From Octopus bimaculoides (taxonomy: Eukaryota), in NCBI RefSeq assembly GCF_001194135.2, contig NC_068985.1:54070393-54134392 (forward strand): a DNA stretch of 64,000 nt, read 5' to 3'. Of this stretch, positions 25,601 through 38,678 are shown piece by piece. The notes under the pieces are model-generated. The model worked only from the letters and a program-made list of their open reading frames with translations, did not search any database and was not told the DNA's origin. Numbering within the stretch: position 1 is the first letter of the stretch; every line of letters starts with the position of its first letter. A program made the position numbers and the translations under genes.

Positions 25601-28215
25601 GGCTGGACTGGATGTTAGATTTGCAGGTACTGACACTGTAATGTGCCAGCTCCAGCATTTGACCTTCAGAAGAAGAGAGGTTAGTATAAAAGGCAAACTT
25701 ACTATTTTCAATTCAGTTTCCATGCCTAACCTCATCTATGGTCATATATGTTGAATACTGACCAAAAAGAGTACAATCATGAACATAAGTGAATGAAATG
25801 GGGTTTCTCTGAGGGATCTCTGGAGTAATGTTATTTGACAGGGTGCATAGCTCAGAGATCAGAGAGCCTCTTCAGATTCAACTGCCACTAAAAGCACATT
25901 GAGAAGTCACAGTTCCCTTACCATGGACATGTGATTAGAATGACACAGGAATGAATCACAAGACAGATTCCTCAAGCGAGCCAACTTGCTGGTTAGACTA
26001 AAGATGAGATGGATAAAATCTATAGTCTCAATTGGACATATTTGGGAACCGAGTCCAAAAGTTTAATGATAGCTGATTCTGACAGTATCCTAGAGGAGGT
26101 GCCGGAGGACTCCACTTCAATGATTTTCTCAGTTTAGATTTCCCCAGGGCGAAAGCTATACCAAATCATCACTTGGTCTCTGGAATATATCGTAGTCTTT
26201 GGTTCTGCTAATCACAGCACATTTTGAGATATCTAGATCACAGATGGAAAACCTACGAAGCTGCTAAATTTACTGAGAGCACGCTACAGCTTTGCACAAG
26301 AAAATATGCATTGCTATTCTTTTCAAACTATGTTTTGAGATGTTTAGCAGGACTGTGTTCAATCTCCAACACCTTTCAAATATGTCATCTACTGGATCAT
26401 GGACCATACTCTAAAAAAAAATCTCCCAGATGTCACTGTGCAATGAGATTTTCAGCATCACCAGGCACCAAATTAGCCAATGAGCATTACATTGTCTATG
26501 CATCACACATTGGCATAAAATCAACACAGCCATGACAAAGATTGGATCTGCTGGTGTTTCATTCACTGAAAGGGTCATCTGTATAGTCAATGAATCTGGA
26601 GAACATGCTGTCATTCAACTTGAACTTATATAATTTGTACATTAGTTCATCAGTCAGAGCCAACTGCTACTTCTATTATCAGTCCTTATAGATTTCAGAT
26701 AGGAATAATGCTGATATTTGTAATAGTTTCACTTGAAAGAAGAAAAAAAATTGTTGCAATTGTTTATATATAATGAAAGCAGTAGCAAAAACAAACCAAT
26801 TAAGTAAAATTTAAACAAACCTGGCAGAATGTAGACTAGACGTAGATGAACTTCCTGAGTTATTAAGTACCTTGATAGTGTTTTCATCCATATCCACATC
26901 ACTTTTAGCTCGTCTAGTTCGTCGATCACCTTTCTGATAAAGACAAATTAGGAAGAAATGTTTAAATACAATACATAGCAAAGTTAAAGTCAAAAATATA
27001 AAATCAATATGGGTTATGATAATATTTTTTTGTTTCCAGAACAATATTAAACTCTTATCTCAGTTACACCCATTCACATTTGTAAAGGCATAAATAAAAA
27101 TCAATAACAATAACATATATTTCACTTGTTTGATGCAGAGTCTTCACTACTTTTACTCTGAATTTTCTGTTATTTAACTGAATTCTTCAAAATTAGTTGA
27201 AAGAAAGGCAGTGTATTTCAACATAAATATGGTAACGAAAGGGTTAAACAACACAGAGACATATGTACTTAATTCTACTAATTCTTTCTTCACACTGAAG
27301 CAAACTTGGGCTTATAACTAAAATTGATTTATTGTTGAGTCAGTGTGGTTCACATGCCATGTACACATTCAATGATTAAATATTTCATTTAAAGGAGCTA
27401 AAATTGTACTGCCTACACTCGTGTGCATCAGTCAAGTGTGTGTGTGTGCATGTGTGCACATAGGTGCAAGCATAACTGTATGGTTAAGAAGGTTGATTTC
27501 AAACCATGTCTTTTCAGGTTCAATCTCATTGAGTAAAATTTGGTAGAGAGAAACTCAATAGAAACTATGGTGTGTGTGTGTGTGTTAATTTAATTACAAC
27601 TCTTTATATGTTCTTGTTACCTAAAAAATTCATTATTCCAAAGCTAAATACCAAGTTTCTTCATGGTTTCTGAATACCACCGACTTCCAAAACTTGGCAG
27701 CATTTATTTTGACAAGGTTCCAATATGATTTCATTATTTTCCTCTTGTATAAAAAATACAATGAGTAAAACTGATTTCCAGCAATCTATTAAAACTTATA
27801 GAAGTATTTCTCAAAGCAAATCATCTCTGTATACTGGCTATTGTTATCTACAAACATCCTACAGCTCCCCTGGTGTCTGTTAACCAGTCACTTGCAAACC
27901 TGTGCATACTTTTAGTTACTTTATTGTGAAATGGAAGAGTTTTGCAACATATATATATATATATTTCAGGGATTTAACAAAAACATAACAAATGGAAAAG
28001 TTAACAAAAAGCATAAGAAATGGAAAATTTTACAAAACCATAACAAATGGAAAATTCATAGCTAATTCCGCATCAGTTAATGTCCAAGAGATCATAACAA
28101 TTTCGCACACAAGTTTTCTGTTATGATTTTGTCAAATTTTCTGTTTATTTTTTTGTTAAATACTTGAAATATTATTTATGCAGCACAATGCAACACACTC
28201 CTTATATTTTCTTAC

Positions 28216-28275
<60 letters not shown>

Positions 28276-31200
28276 TATACACATATATATATAGTAGTTA
28301 GATAAAGAGATAATGAATGACTGTGTAATAAAAGTTTAGGCTGTGTGGTAAAGAAGTCTGCTTTCCAACCATGTGTTTTTGATTTCAATCCCACTGTACA
28401 CACCTTAGGTAGATGTCTTCATCTATAGCCACAGGTTGACCAAAACATTGTATTTGTGTGTGCATGAACATGTATGTGTTTGTTTACATTAGCACTTCTC
28501 TGAAAATTGCTGAGCAACAAGCAGTGATATTGTTCTCATTGTCTGTCAACAAATCTCCTGTTGGCTTTACACTTTTGAAGAGATGTTGAATAACAGACCC
28601 CCCCACCACCACACACACATGAAAAACAGATAAAGGTTAGCAACAGGAAGAGCATGAGACTGTAAAACAATGATAAATAATACATACAACTCTAACGCAT
28701 GCCAATATAGACAAAACAGATGTAAACAAATAAATAGCATTCTCAGTGGTTTAACATTTCACAAAACGTCAAAAAGAAACCTGTAGTGTTTAAGCCATTG
28801 TCAGGTCTTTGAAACTGCTGAGATGGATATGGTCTATAATTATCTTGAACATCTCTAAGTTATCATCATCATTTAATGTCCACTTTTCCATGAGTGCATG
28901 AGTCAGATGGAATGTGTTGAGGCAGATTTTCTACAGTCAGGTGCCCTCCAGGTCACCAAGCCTCACCTGCTTCCAAGCAAGGTAATATTTCCTCGTGACC
29001 AGACACAATTTTCACAGAAGACTGGAAATAAACAACATCGTTTGTTTGACGGTAGTGACGGTTTACAGTTTGCAACCAATACATCATGTCAAGACAAGGG
29101 TACACATACACATATGCACACACATGCATGTATGTGTATATATATACAATGGGCTTCTTACAGTTTCCATCTAGCAAATACACACATAAGACTTTGGTCA
29201 ACCCTGGGCTATAGAAGAAGACAGTTGCTCAAGGTGTCACAGAGAGAGACTGTACTCAAGGCTGGGAAGCTTGTACCTATTAGCCATGCTTATACCTGGG
29301 TAGGAAGGAAATTGACAGAGAAAGAAAGATGAGACAAAATATTAAATTTCAAGGTTGAAGTAGTCAGTGTGAGGTCCAAGATATAAGATAGTCTGAGTGA
29401 TGTAAAGAGAAGAAACAGGTGTGGTAGGTAGACCTGGGTGGAGGTGGTATGTAATTAACTAGTTCAGAGGAACAGGGGTCATAGTAGGAGTGATAATAGA
29501 AGCAGAGTGAAGAAACAGTACAGCTGAGGTCCAGAAGTTGGAGTGTGTCCATTTTGTTCATGGGTGTAGCAGCAGTGCTGTCCCAGATGTAGAGGCAGTC
29601 ATCCATGATAAATCACACTAGTTGTGTTATATATGTCAGATTGTAAAGAAAAACTAGAGACTGCAAAGACAATGCTTTGTAGCAACTTCACCTCTTTTAC
29701 TGCAGAAATTAGATATATTTACTCTATATTTCACTACAATTAACTGCAAAAGGTAGTTTTACATATCAACCTATCTTTTGTTGAGAAATGTTATGCTTGA
29801 AACTATTTTTGAGACAATATGACTTGCAGAATATAGGAAGATATCTAGCATCGTTACTGAAATAACCATGAAATTTAATATCGCAGTTAAAGGGTGAAGG
29901 TTTTTTTTAGTTGTGTGTGCTGTCCAGGATTAGATGGGGTTAGGTAAATGAACTGCTTTTTCGATCTATGCAGTGAATATGTATTTGTACTTTTGAGAAG
30001 AGCAGAAATTGTCATATCAAATAGAATATGCTTTCTATGTCTTGTGTTTATGTATTCCAACCCTTTCAGTTGGGTGACAACCATAACAATACAATCACTA
30101 ATGCTAAATTTTTGTCTTCTTTAAAGCAGCGAAGAGGGCTGAAAATATAAAACCATTTACCTGGTCAGGTCGATCTTTTAAGCTCTCTGAACGCCCTAAA
30201 TCAGTAGCACGCCTGCAAAGTAAAAATAAAATCGAATAAATCATTCAGAACAGAAACATACAATACCAAAAGAGATAAAATGTTTTCTTTCTTTCTTTTT
30301 TTTAAATGAAGAGACTAAATCACATTTTTTTTCCTCAACAAAAATAAGTAACTCTAATTTTGGCCCAAGGCCAGCAATTTTGAGGGAAAGGGACACGTGG
30401 GTTTCATTGACCCCAGTATTTGACTGATACTTATTTTATTGACTCATGAAAGGATAAAAGACAAAGTTGACCTCAGCAGTATATGAAGTCTATAAAGAGC
30501 AGAAAGAAACGTTGTTAAGCAATTTAGTCTGACACTCTAATGATTCTGGCAGCTTGCTACCTTAATTGATGAAAATAATGATAAATATTTTCACAAGTCT
30601 TCATGAAAACCAATTCTTAATCCTAAGTTCTATAGGAAGATAGATGAATCAACCCAGAAAATCTGGTGTCTACTCTTTACATCGTGATGAAATATTTGGA
30701 GTTAGTAATCTGAATTACTGAAAGAGCAAATAAAATGGAACTAACCAAACTAATCACACTTGAAAAAAGAAAGAAGATAAAATAAGAAAAAAAAAAAACA
30801 TGAAGAGAAAACTAAAAGTCATTGATTTTTCTAAAAGGTGTTGTATATACAACATATTCAGACTTACTTGTGTCTTTCATCTTCATTTTCCCCTGGACTT
30901 TTCTCGAATCGTTTTACAATACTGTTTACCGAATGAAAACCTGTAAAGTTAAATGGTAAAACATTACTTATAAATTAAGACAATGATGTATCTATTTGCT
31001 CTTAATTTGTTGTAGGAGGCCCAAACATGAATATATTAATCGCTGTTGTATCTCATATCTGAACAACACCTTCTCCCTTTAAAAGATGTGTTCACAACAC
31101 AACTCATTGATGTAAGGGGTCCTTGAGACACTATGGAATTTCAACCTGGTTGTCTCTCTTCATTGATAAGTATTCACAGATCAATGAAGCTAAACAAGAA

Positions 31201-34200
31201 TGGTAGCTCTTGTTAATATATGTGAGTAAACAAATTATTTGCTGATGTATTCTGATGTCAATGAATAAACGACAACAATAATACATTGTTCCAACTTATA
31301 TAAGTTGTTTAATAATCCTACAATATTTCAGGATCAATCTTTTATTTAAAAAAATATTCAAAGGGGCAGGAGAAATTGTTTTAAGCAAGCCACCCATTGT
31401 CTTTTGAAATATTTTGTTTTTTCTTTAACGAATTTCCTCTAAGAGACACAGTGGATTAATATTTTAGCATTCAAAAACTGTAAATTAAGTGATGATACAT
31501 AAAGTGAACTCTGAGAGAGAGAAAGTCTGGAAATGATATTCACTTATCCATTGTTAACCAACATAATCTACAAAAGCAAGCAAAAAGCCAATCTATTTAC
31601 CAGAGTCGAGATCTTCATCAGCCCCTGAAACACCAGAACTTCCACTTTGTGTTGGACTACATGATTCTCTTCTTTGGTTTATATGTGGTGCTAGAAGAAT
31701 ATGACAAAAAGGATAAATATAAACGGAATCAAAAGAAAAGAAAAAAGCGATTTAAGAGAACAATGGTTTCATAATTAATCAAGTTGAATATTAGTCTAAC
31801 TTTACATTTTTACATCTATTAATGGAGTTGAAAGAAAATTAGAAAATTTAGTAACCTTCAAGTTTGTCAGATTTAGAAAAACTAAAATAGAATATAGAAT
31901 TCATATCACTACAGAGTAAATACATGACGGATACAGCCTCATGCTGTCATGAAAAGTATTCAATCAATTAGTTAACTGATAATAAAACTGAAGTGAATCA
32001 CATCCAGTGCATGTGTCTTATGGGTAAAGTGACCTTCCCAAAAGTATTGGCTAACTTGCCTGCTTTTTTTGGCAAAGGGACACAACAGTACACAAACAAA
32101 TAATAGGCTTCAGTCTACAAAATTCCACTTACTCAAAAGTACAGTAGAAGCTACTTGCTCAAGGTACAGCACCTGGATTGAATCACAAGTGGTATGATTG
32201 GGAAGTGATTTTCCAACTATATACAATTTTTACGAAGGTCTTTTGTTCATATTTTCAATAAGTAACTTTATACTATTTATCCTTGGTAGCTTGAAAGGCA
32301 GAAGTAAGCCTGAATTTTTTTTTTTTTGTTTCTGGTGCGTTTATCTGAAACAAGATATTATCATTGTGATACACTGATTTATTCAGAGTAGTGTCCTCAT
32401 CTTATTGTTACAGTCTGGCCTTCTTCAGGTGCCTATCTTATTCAGTAATGTTCTCAGAATTTCAAACCAAACCATTCTCAGTCTACAGTGGTAAATTATT
32501 CTTATTTTCTGGTTTATGGCTGCAGGGGTATTCTTTATTCTGTTCTCATACATATCAGTTCCAATGTGCAGCACCTCGGGCAAATATCTTCTACTATAAC
32601 TCTAATTTGAACAGAAATTTGTGAGTGGATGAGATAGGCAGAAACTAATAGAAGACACTGTGTGTTTGTCTACCACTTTTAATCCAGTTCTCACAGTAGG
32701 TTGTAAGTCTCAAACCCTTTCATCTCTATTCCATCTTGTCCATTTTCTGATATATTAAATGTTTTTGTATGTTAATACTCTCAACAGTAACCTACCATTT
32801 GTATTACTAGGTTTTCGGCCCCATTTGTCCATCAGCCCAGACGTTCGTTTTCTCCGACCTTGTGGACATAAGACTTCAATGGATTCTATGCAATGTTTAT
32901 GAACATTCCACTCACAATCTGAAATGTCAAATAAGAAGTGTAGGTTAAAAACAAAATTGTAAAAAAAAAAAAAAGATAGAAAAAATACGAAGGGTGCTGA
33001 AAAGTTCCTGGCTTTGGGTAAAAGAAAATACAGGAGGATCAGTTAAGATTTTATTGAACATGTTCCCCTCTCAGATTCACACACTTATTGCAGTAGTCCT
33101 TCAATTTTTCTAAGCCCTGTAAAAGAACTTGGAAGGTTTGGCCTCCAACAAGGCCTTTCGCGATACCCTTAAAGCCAGGAAGTTTCCAGCACTTGCTTCG
33201 TATCATATAGCGACAACTATTGCTTTAATGCCTCTCTTCAGTCTTCAGTATTTTTTAAAAAATACAAACAGATATGCAAATGGTAGAATACATGTTTGAT
33301 ATGTTAGTGTTTCTGGTTTCTTAAGTCTCACAGTCTTAGATATCTTAACAATATGTATCATGCTCCCATGTCTCCTTTGGCATAGTTTCTATGGCTAGAT
33401 TCCCTTAATGTTAATCACAGTACATTCGGTAAAGTGGTTGGTATTACAAAGGGCATGTAGCTGCAGAAACCATGCCAACACAGACATTAGAACATGCGGC
33501 AATCCTCAGACCTGTCAGAACCTGTCAAACAGTCCACCCAATGCTAACATGGAAGACAATGATTATCATTATTTGGAAGATGGATGATGTCGATCTTGAA
33601 GATAACCATCATCATCTGCATTGACTGATCAATGTCTAAGAACACTAAGACAGTCCTAAAGTCATAATATGTCGAGAAAAATCTAATTTATTATGTAGCC
33701 TAATAAAAGTATTTTGGACTAGTCCTGTATCTTGAGAAAAAACAAGATATTTCAAAATCAATTGATCATTAAACACTAACAGAAAATTGTTGATTAACTA
33801 ATAATTATCAATATCTCCACAATATTTTTTCCCATTTGCTTACTATATTATTAATCTTCTCCAATAAAATCTGGGCTAAAGTTTCAAGTCATAGTTTCTA
33901 TTCAGTCTGTCATTGCTGTTAACACTCTTCCAGTTCTGGTTTCTCATCAACTTGTTAAACAGATCTTCTGTAACCACAATTTGCATTGACTATAGAATAC
34001 TGATTTCCTTTCTAGACATCAATCAAGGATAGTTATTCAATGCTGTTCTACTTTTATGTCTCCTGCAACTAACTACAAATTCCTCCTTGTTATTGTTGTC
34101 ATCGTCGCTTCTGCTGTCACCATCACATGAACTGGCAGTTCAGAAGACAGTGTAGTGCGCTATGTCTGCTTTGACATGGTTTCTACGGCTAGATGCCCTT

Positions 34201-36810
34201 CACAACACTAACCACTTAACAGTGTGCACTGGCTGCTTTTGTATGTCGCCAGTGCTAATTAAGTCACCAAGCAGCTTGCAAGACAAGAACCTTTGATTGA
34301 GATGGAGGGAGGGTGTAGTATAGAGGGAGGTGAAATATACCAAGTGATAAGAAGCATTCTGTTGACACTCTGGTTATTTGGCCCAATCCCGTTCTTCTAT
34401 GTATAAACTTCTGTTATTCTTTAAAACTCTCTTTTTAACTCCAGATCATTACATGTACAGTTGTGTGTGTGGGATTACAGGTGAAATAAACACCATATTT
34501 GCATGCAATAGAAAACCATAGTCATTACTCACTGCTACACTGATAGCCTTGAAAACCAACTCCCCACACAGGACTAGAACAAACCGTACAATCAGTCAGT
34601 TGGTAATAATGTTGAGGAACAAACTGATGGTTGCGGTATGCCTACAACGAAAAATAACAGAAACAAGTTAGTAACATAAAACTTGATTAATAAATGAATA
34701 CTGTAAGATTAAAATGCTAACATCTCCTAATCAATCATACTTTTGTATATCCTCTCTTTCAAAATCAGTAAACAGATATTTTCTGTAGTGTCAGTCATCA
34801 TCATTTAACGTCTGCTTTCCATGCCAGCATGGGTTAGATGGTTTGACTGGAACTGGTAAGCCAGAGAGCTGCTCTAGGTTCCAGTACTTAGTGGCCTTTT
34901 AAGGTGGGGGGAAAAAACCCAAAGAGAATGGGAAAAGAATTTTTGTATTTGAATTGGTCAAGGTTTTAATTGAAAAACCAGATGTTGCTTTTTACTTTCT
35001 TCAGCAAAAATTATAACTGCATTTCCAGGTATTGTTCTTTTATGTTCATTACAGAATAGTTGTATGGATGTGATCAATATTTTTTTATTGAAATTCTAGA
35101 TATTTTCAGAGTTCACTATATACTCACACAGCAATTATATATATATATATACTTGGAAATATACATATATACATACATATACACACACACATATATATAA
35201 ACACTCATACACACACACACACTCAAAGATATCTATATATGTACATGTTCATATTTGTGCACACATACACACACCATACATACATAAGTACACATTATGA
35301 ATTTTTTTTAATAATTAATTAATATTATTAAAGATTCATCTCTGTGGTTAAATAAATTTGGGAAGTTTTGGTCATTTTAGCCACTACTCTTGATTTTTGT
35401 CTGAGTATTTGTCCTTCAGACTGCAAAAAGGAATTTTAAAAAAAGCAATACATAATGCTGTCGCAATTATATTTCCAAATTCATTTATTTCTGGTTGGCT
35501 GTTTTGTTTTCAATATATTTTAAAGCTTCAACCAAGAATTTTCTAAAGGAAAGAGAGAGTCAAGTACAGAAGAGGGAAAGCAGCTGTTCTTATAGAATTT
35601 TGGAATCTGGAGTGTTTTGCAAGGTCCAACAACAATGCGGTAAAAAGGTTTTAGCAATAGTTTGAGATCATCTTTAACATATATATATATATAATCAAAT
35701 TCATATAGAAATCTCATTGGTGGAATTTCAAAAAAATATCTAGTTATGTTTCAAAACTTTGAATTTTCCTTCACATCTTTCCTTATTTCAAGTGCTTGAT
35801 TTTGGTGCAAAGTGTAGCTCCATTGATTTTCGAAAGTTTGGTTCGTTCCTTGAGCATTTGTAGAAGGGGAAGATTTTGAATTTTCCTTCTCCACATATTT
35901 CCAAATGTTTGCTCAGTGGAATTTTCCATAGCTCCTGTTGTCAGATGTGTTATCTGTGGAGCCTTGCGTGTTGGCAAGGAGAATTATTGATTTCACCAAT
36001 ATAATTCTCTTTGCATTTGGGGCAAGTAATGCAGTATATGAGGTTTTGTGTCTTGCAGTTCATATTTGCATTTACTTTGAATAAGAATGCACTCTTAAAT
36101 TTTATGTGGGTGTCACTGTCTCTATATATATATATATATATATATATGTAAATAAAAACAACCAGGCACCACGGAAAAATTCAATCATCACTGAGTGTAT
36201 TTTAACTCTTATTTCTAGCAATGTAGGTGCTTCAGCGCCCTTAGTGACAATTGACTTTTTTCTTATATGTGTGTGTGTGTATGTATGTATGCATTTTAGG
36301 CTGGACATAATAACACTGGAACATATACTAGCTAAGTACAAGCAAAATATTTCAGTTAAGCAAAAATAATTTAAGAAACATAATAGAAAAAAAAAGAAAG
36401 CTTTTAATGACTATTATGAGCCCACCTCCACCATCATCCCACAAACATACCATATTAATTTGCATATAATATGCACTCATCTTTAATGTGCTGCACTAAT
36501 TATATCCCCTGAAATCCCAGAAATCAACTCTCCTGTTCAATATGTACTGTGTTTCTTTCTTAGTATAACGTCATATAGAAAATGAAGTGTCTAGTCAGAT
36601 TAATTATAATTCCCATCTTCAAAACATTGAAAATCTTCATGTATATAGGTGCAGGCACGACTGTGTGGTTAAGAAGCTTGTTTTGTAACAATGTAGTTTC
36701 ACATTCAGTTCCACAGTGGAGCACCTTGGGTAAGTGTCTTCTACTATAGCCTTGACCAGTGAGGTGAGTGAATTCGGGATAACAAGAACTGGGTGAAAGT
36801 TCATCAGATA

Positions 36811-36878
<68 letters not shown>

Positions 36879-38548
36879 GTGTGTGTGTGCGCGTCATTGT
36901 GTATGTCATGCACACACATATGCCCCACTTGACAGCTGGTGTTGGTTTAATTACACACCTGCAACTTAGTGGTTTGGCAATAGAATAAGTACTAGACTTT
37001 AAAGTAACTATTGGAGTCATTTTGTTTGACTGAACCCTTCAAGGTGGCATGCCATCAAGGCCACAGTCCAATGACTGAAATAAGTAAAAGATGAAAGGTG
37101 TATAAGACATTCTTATATGAAAGCAGCAAGTTCAAAAGAGACCTTTGGACCTTACTCATTTGTGCTGTAAGAGTGTATCTCCTATAAAATCAACTGGTAT
37201 GGAAAAATAATAAAAGATGTAATGCAGAATATAAGCACTTTCATTTAACCCTTTAGCATTCAGATTATTGTGTCAAATCATCATCATCATCATTTAGCAT
37301 CTGTTTTCCAAGCTGGCATGGGTTGGACAGTTTGACTGGAAACTGGTAAGCTGGGGAGCTGTATCAGGTTCCAATCTGATTTGGCATGGTTTCTACAGCT
37401 GAATGCCCTTCCTAACATCAACAACTCCAAGAGTGTAGTGGCATGGGGGCCAGTTACAAAACATCAGCACCAGCTATGATTGTGATTTCACTTGGTTTGA
37501 GAGGTTTTCTCAAGCACGGTATATTGCCAAATGTCTCGGTCATTTGTCCCTGCTCTCACGAGGCCTGTAATGCTTATTTATTCATATTGTTTTGAAATAA
37601 TCACGTATTATATTGTACTTTAAAGATTTCAATGATGTGATTATTTTCAAAAAAGCATTGTAGGATAAGTGTGAGATGCCAGATTTGGCCAGTCTGAACA
37701 TAAAACAGATAGAATATTACGGCTGGATATTGCTGGTTTAAATGCTAAAGGATTAAATAATTTCATGTCAAAATACTTTTTAATCCACACCTCTAACAGT
37801 TAGGCCTGAAAATTTTAGGGGAAAATGCATATAAATCACAAATAATTAGGGTGCTTATGTATATGCATACCTTTGTTTTTGATTTGGTCCCTGGGAGTTT
37901 AATTCCCTTTTCTTTCCGTTCTTTCATCACAAAACTGTGAACCCGATCTAAAACAGAACTGTGATATGACAGTTTTGTAACACCAATATGACGAAGATAT
38001 GTTGCAAGCGCCCAGCCAAGTGCTTGATCCCTTGCACACTTCGCTTTTTCTTCTCTGTAAAATCAATGAGAAAGAATGGAAATAAAAAAAAGGAATAGAA
38101 AAATACTTCTAAAAAATTTACAGACATTTAAATGACATTGAAGAAAAACAGTTACTGATGAAAAGGAATTAAATTTTGACTTCTATGAATGCTTCAATAA
38201 CTGGTGATTGAAATCCCTTCTATTATATATACATATATATCATCAACCACACACACTTAACATATACACACCATGTGTTTTGCTGGTAGGCTGTGATTTG
38301 GTGTGGTGGAGATTATTCTTTCAAAGTGCCAGGTGTAAGAACAACTGAAAGTCATAGACAAGCGAGACAACTCACCTGAAATCCCATTCAGGAGAGATGG
38401 ACCTCGATGTTTCACCAGTTTTGTGGCTTATCAATATCACATACCCAAACTAAATCAGAGATGAATCGTGCCACCACTCCATGACTTACATATATAAAGT
38501 ATAAAAACTGTGCTGGTATGCCCCAACAATGCATACACAAAATATACA

Positions 38549-38588
<40 letters not shown>

Positions 38589-38645
38589 GCACGCTCCAGC
38601 TTGGCCACAGCCTTAGGGCGGAAATGTATAAAAGAAAAAAAAAGA

Positions 38646-38678
<33 letters not shown>

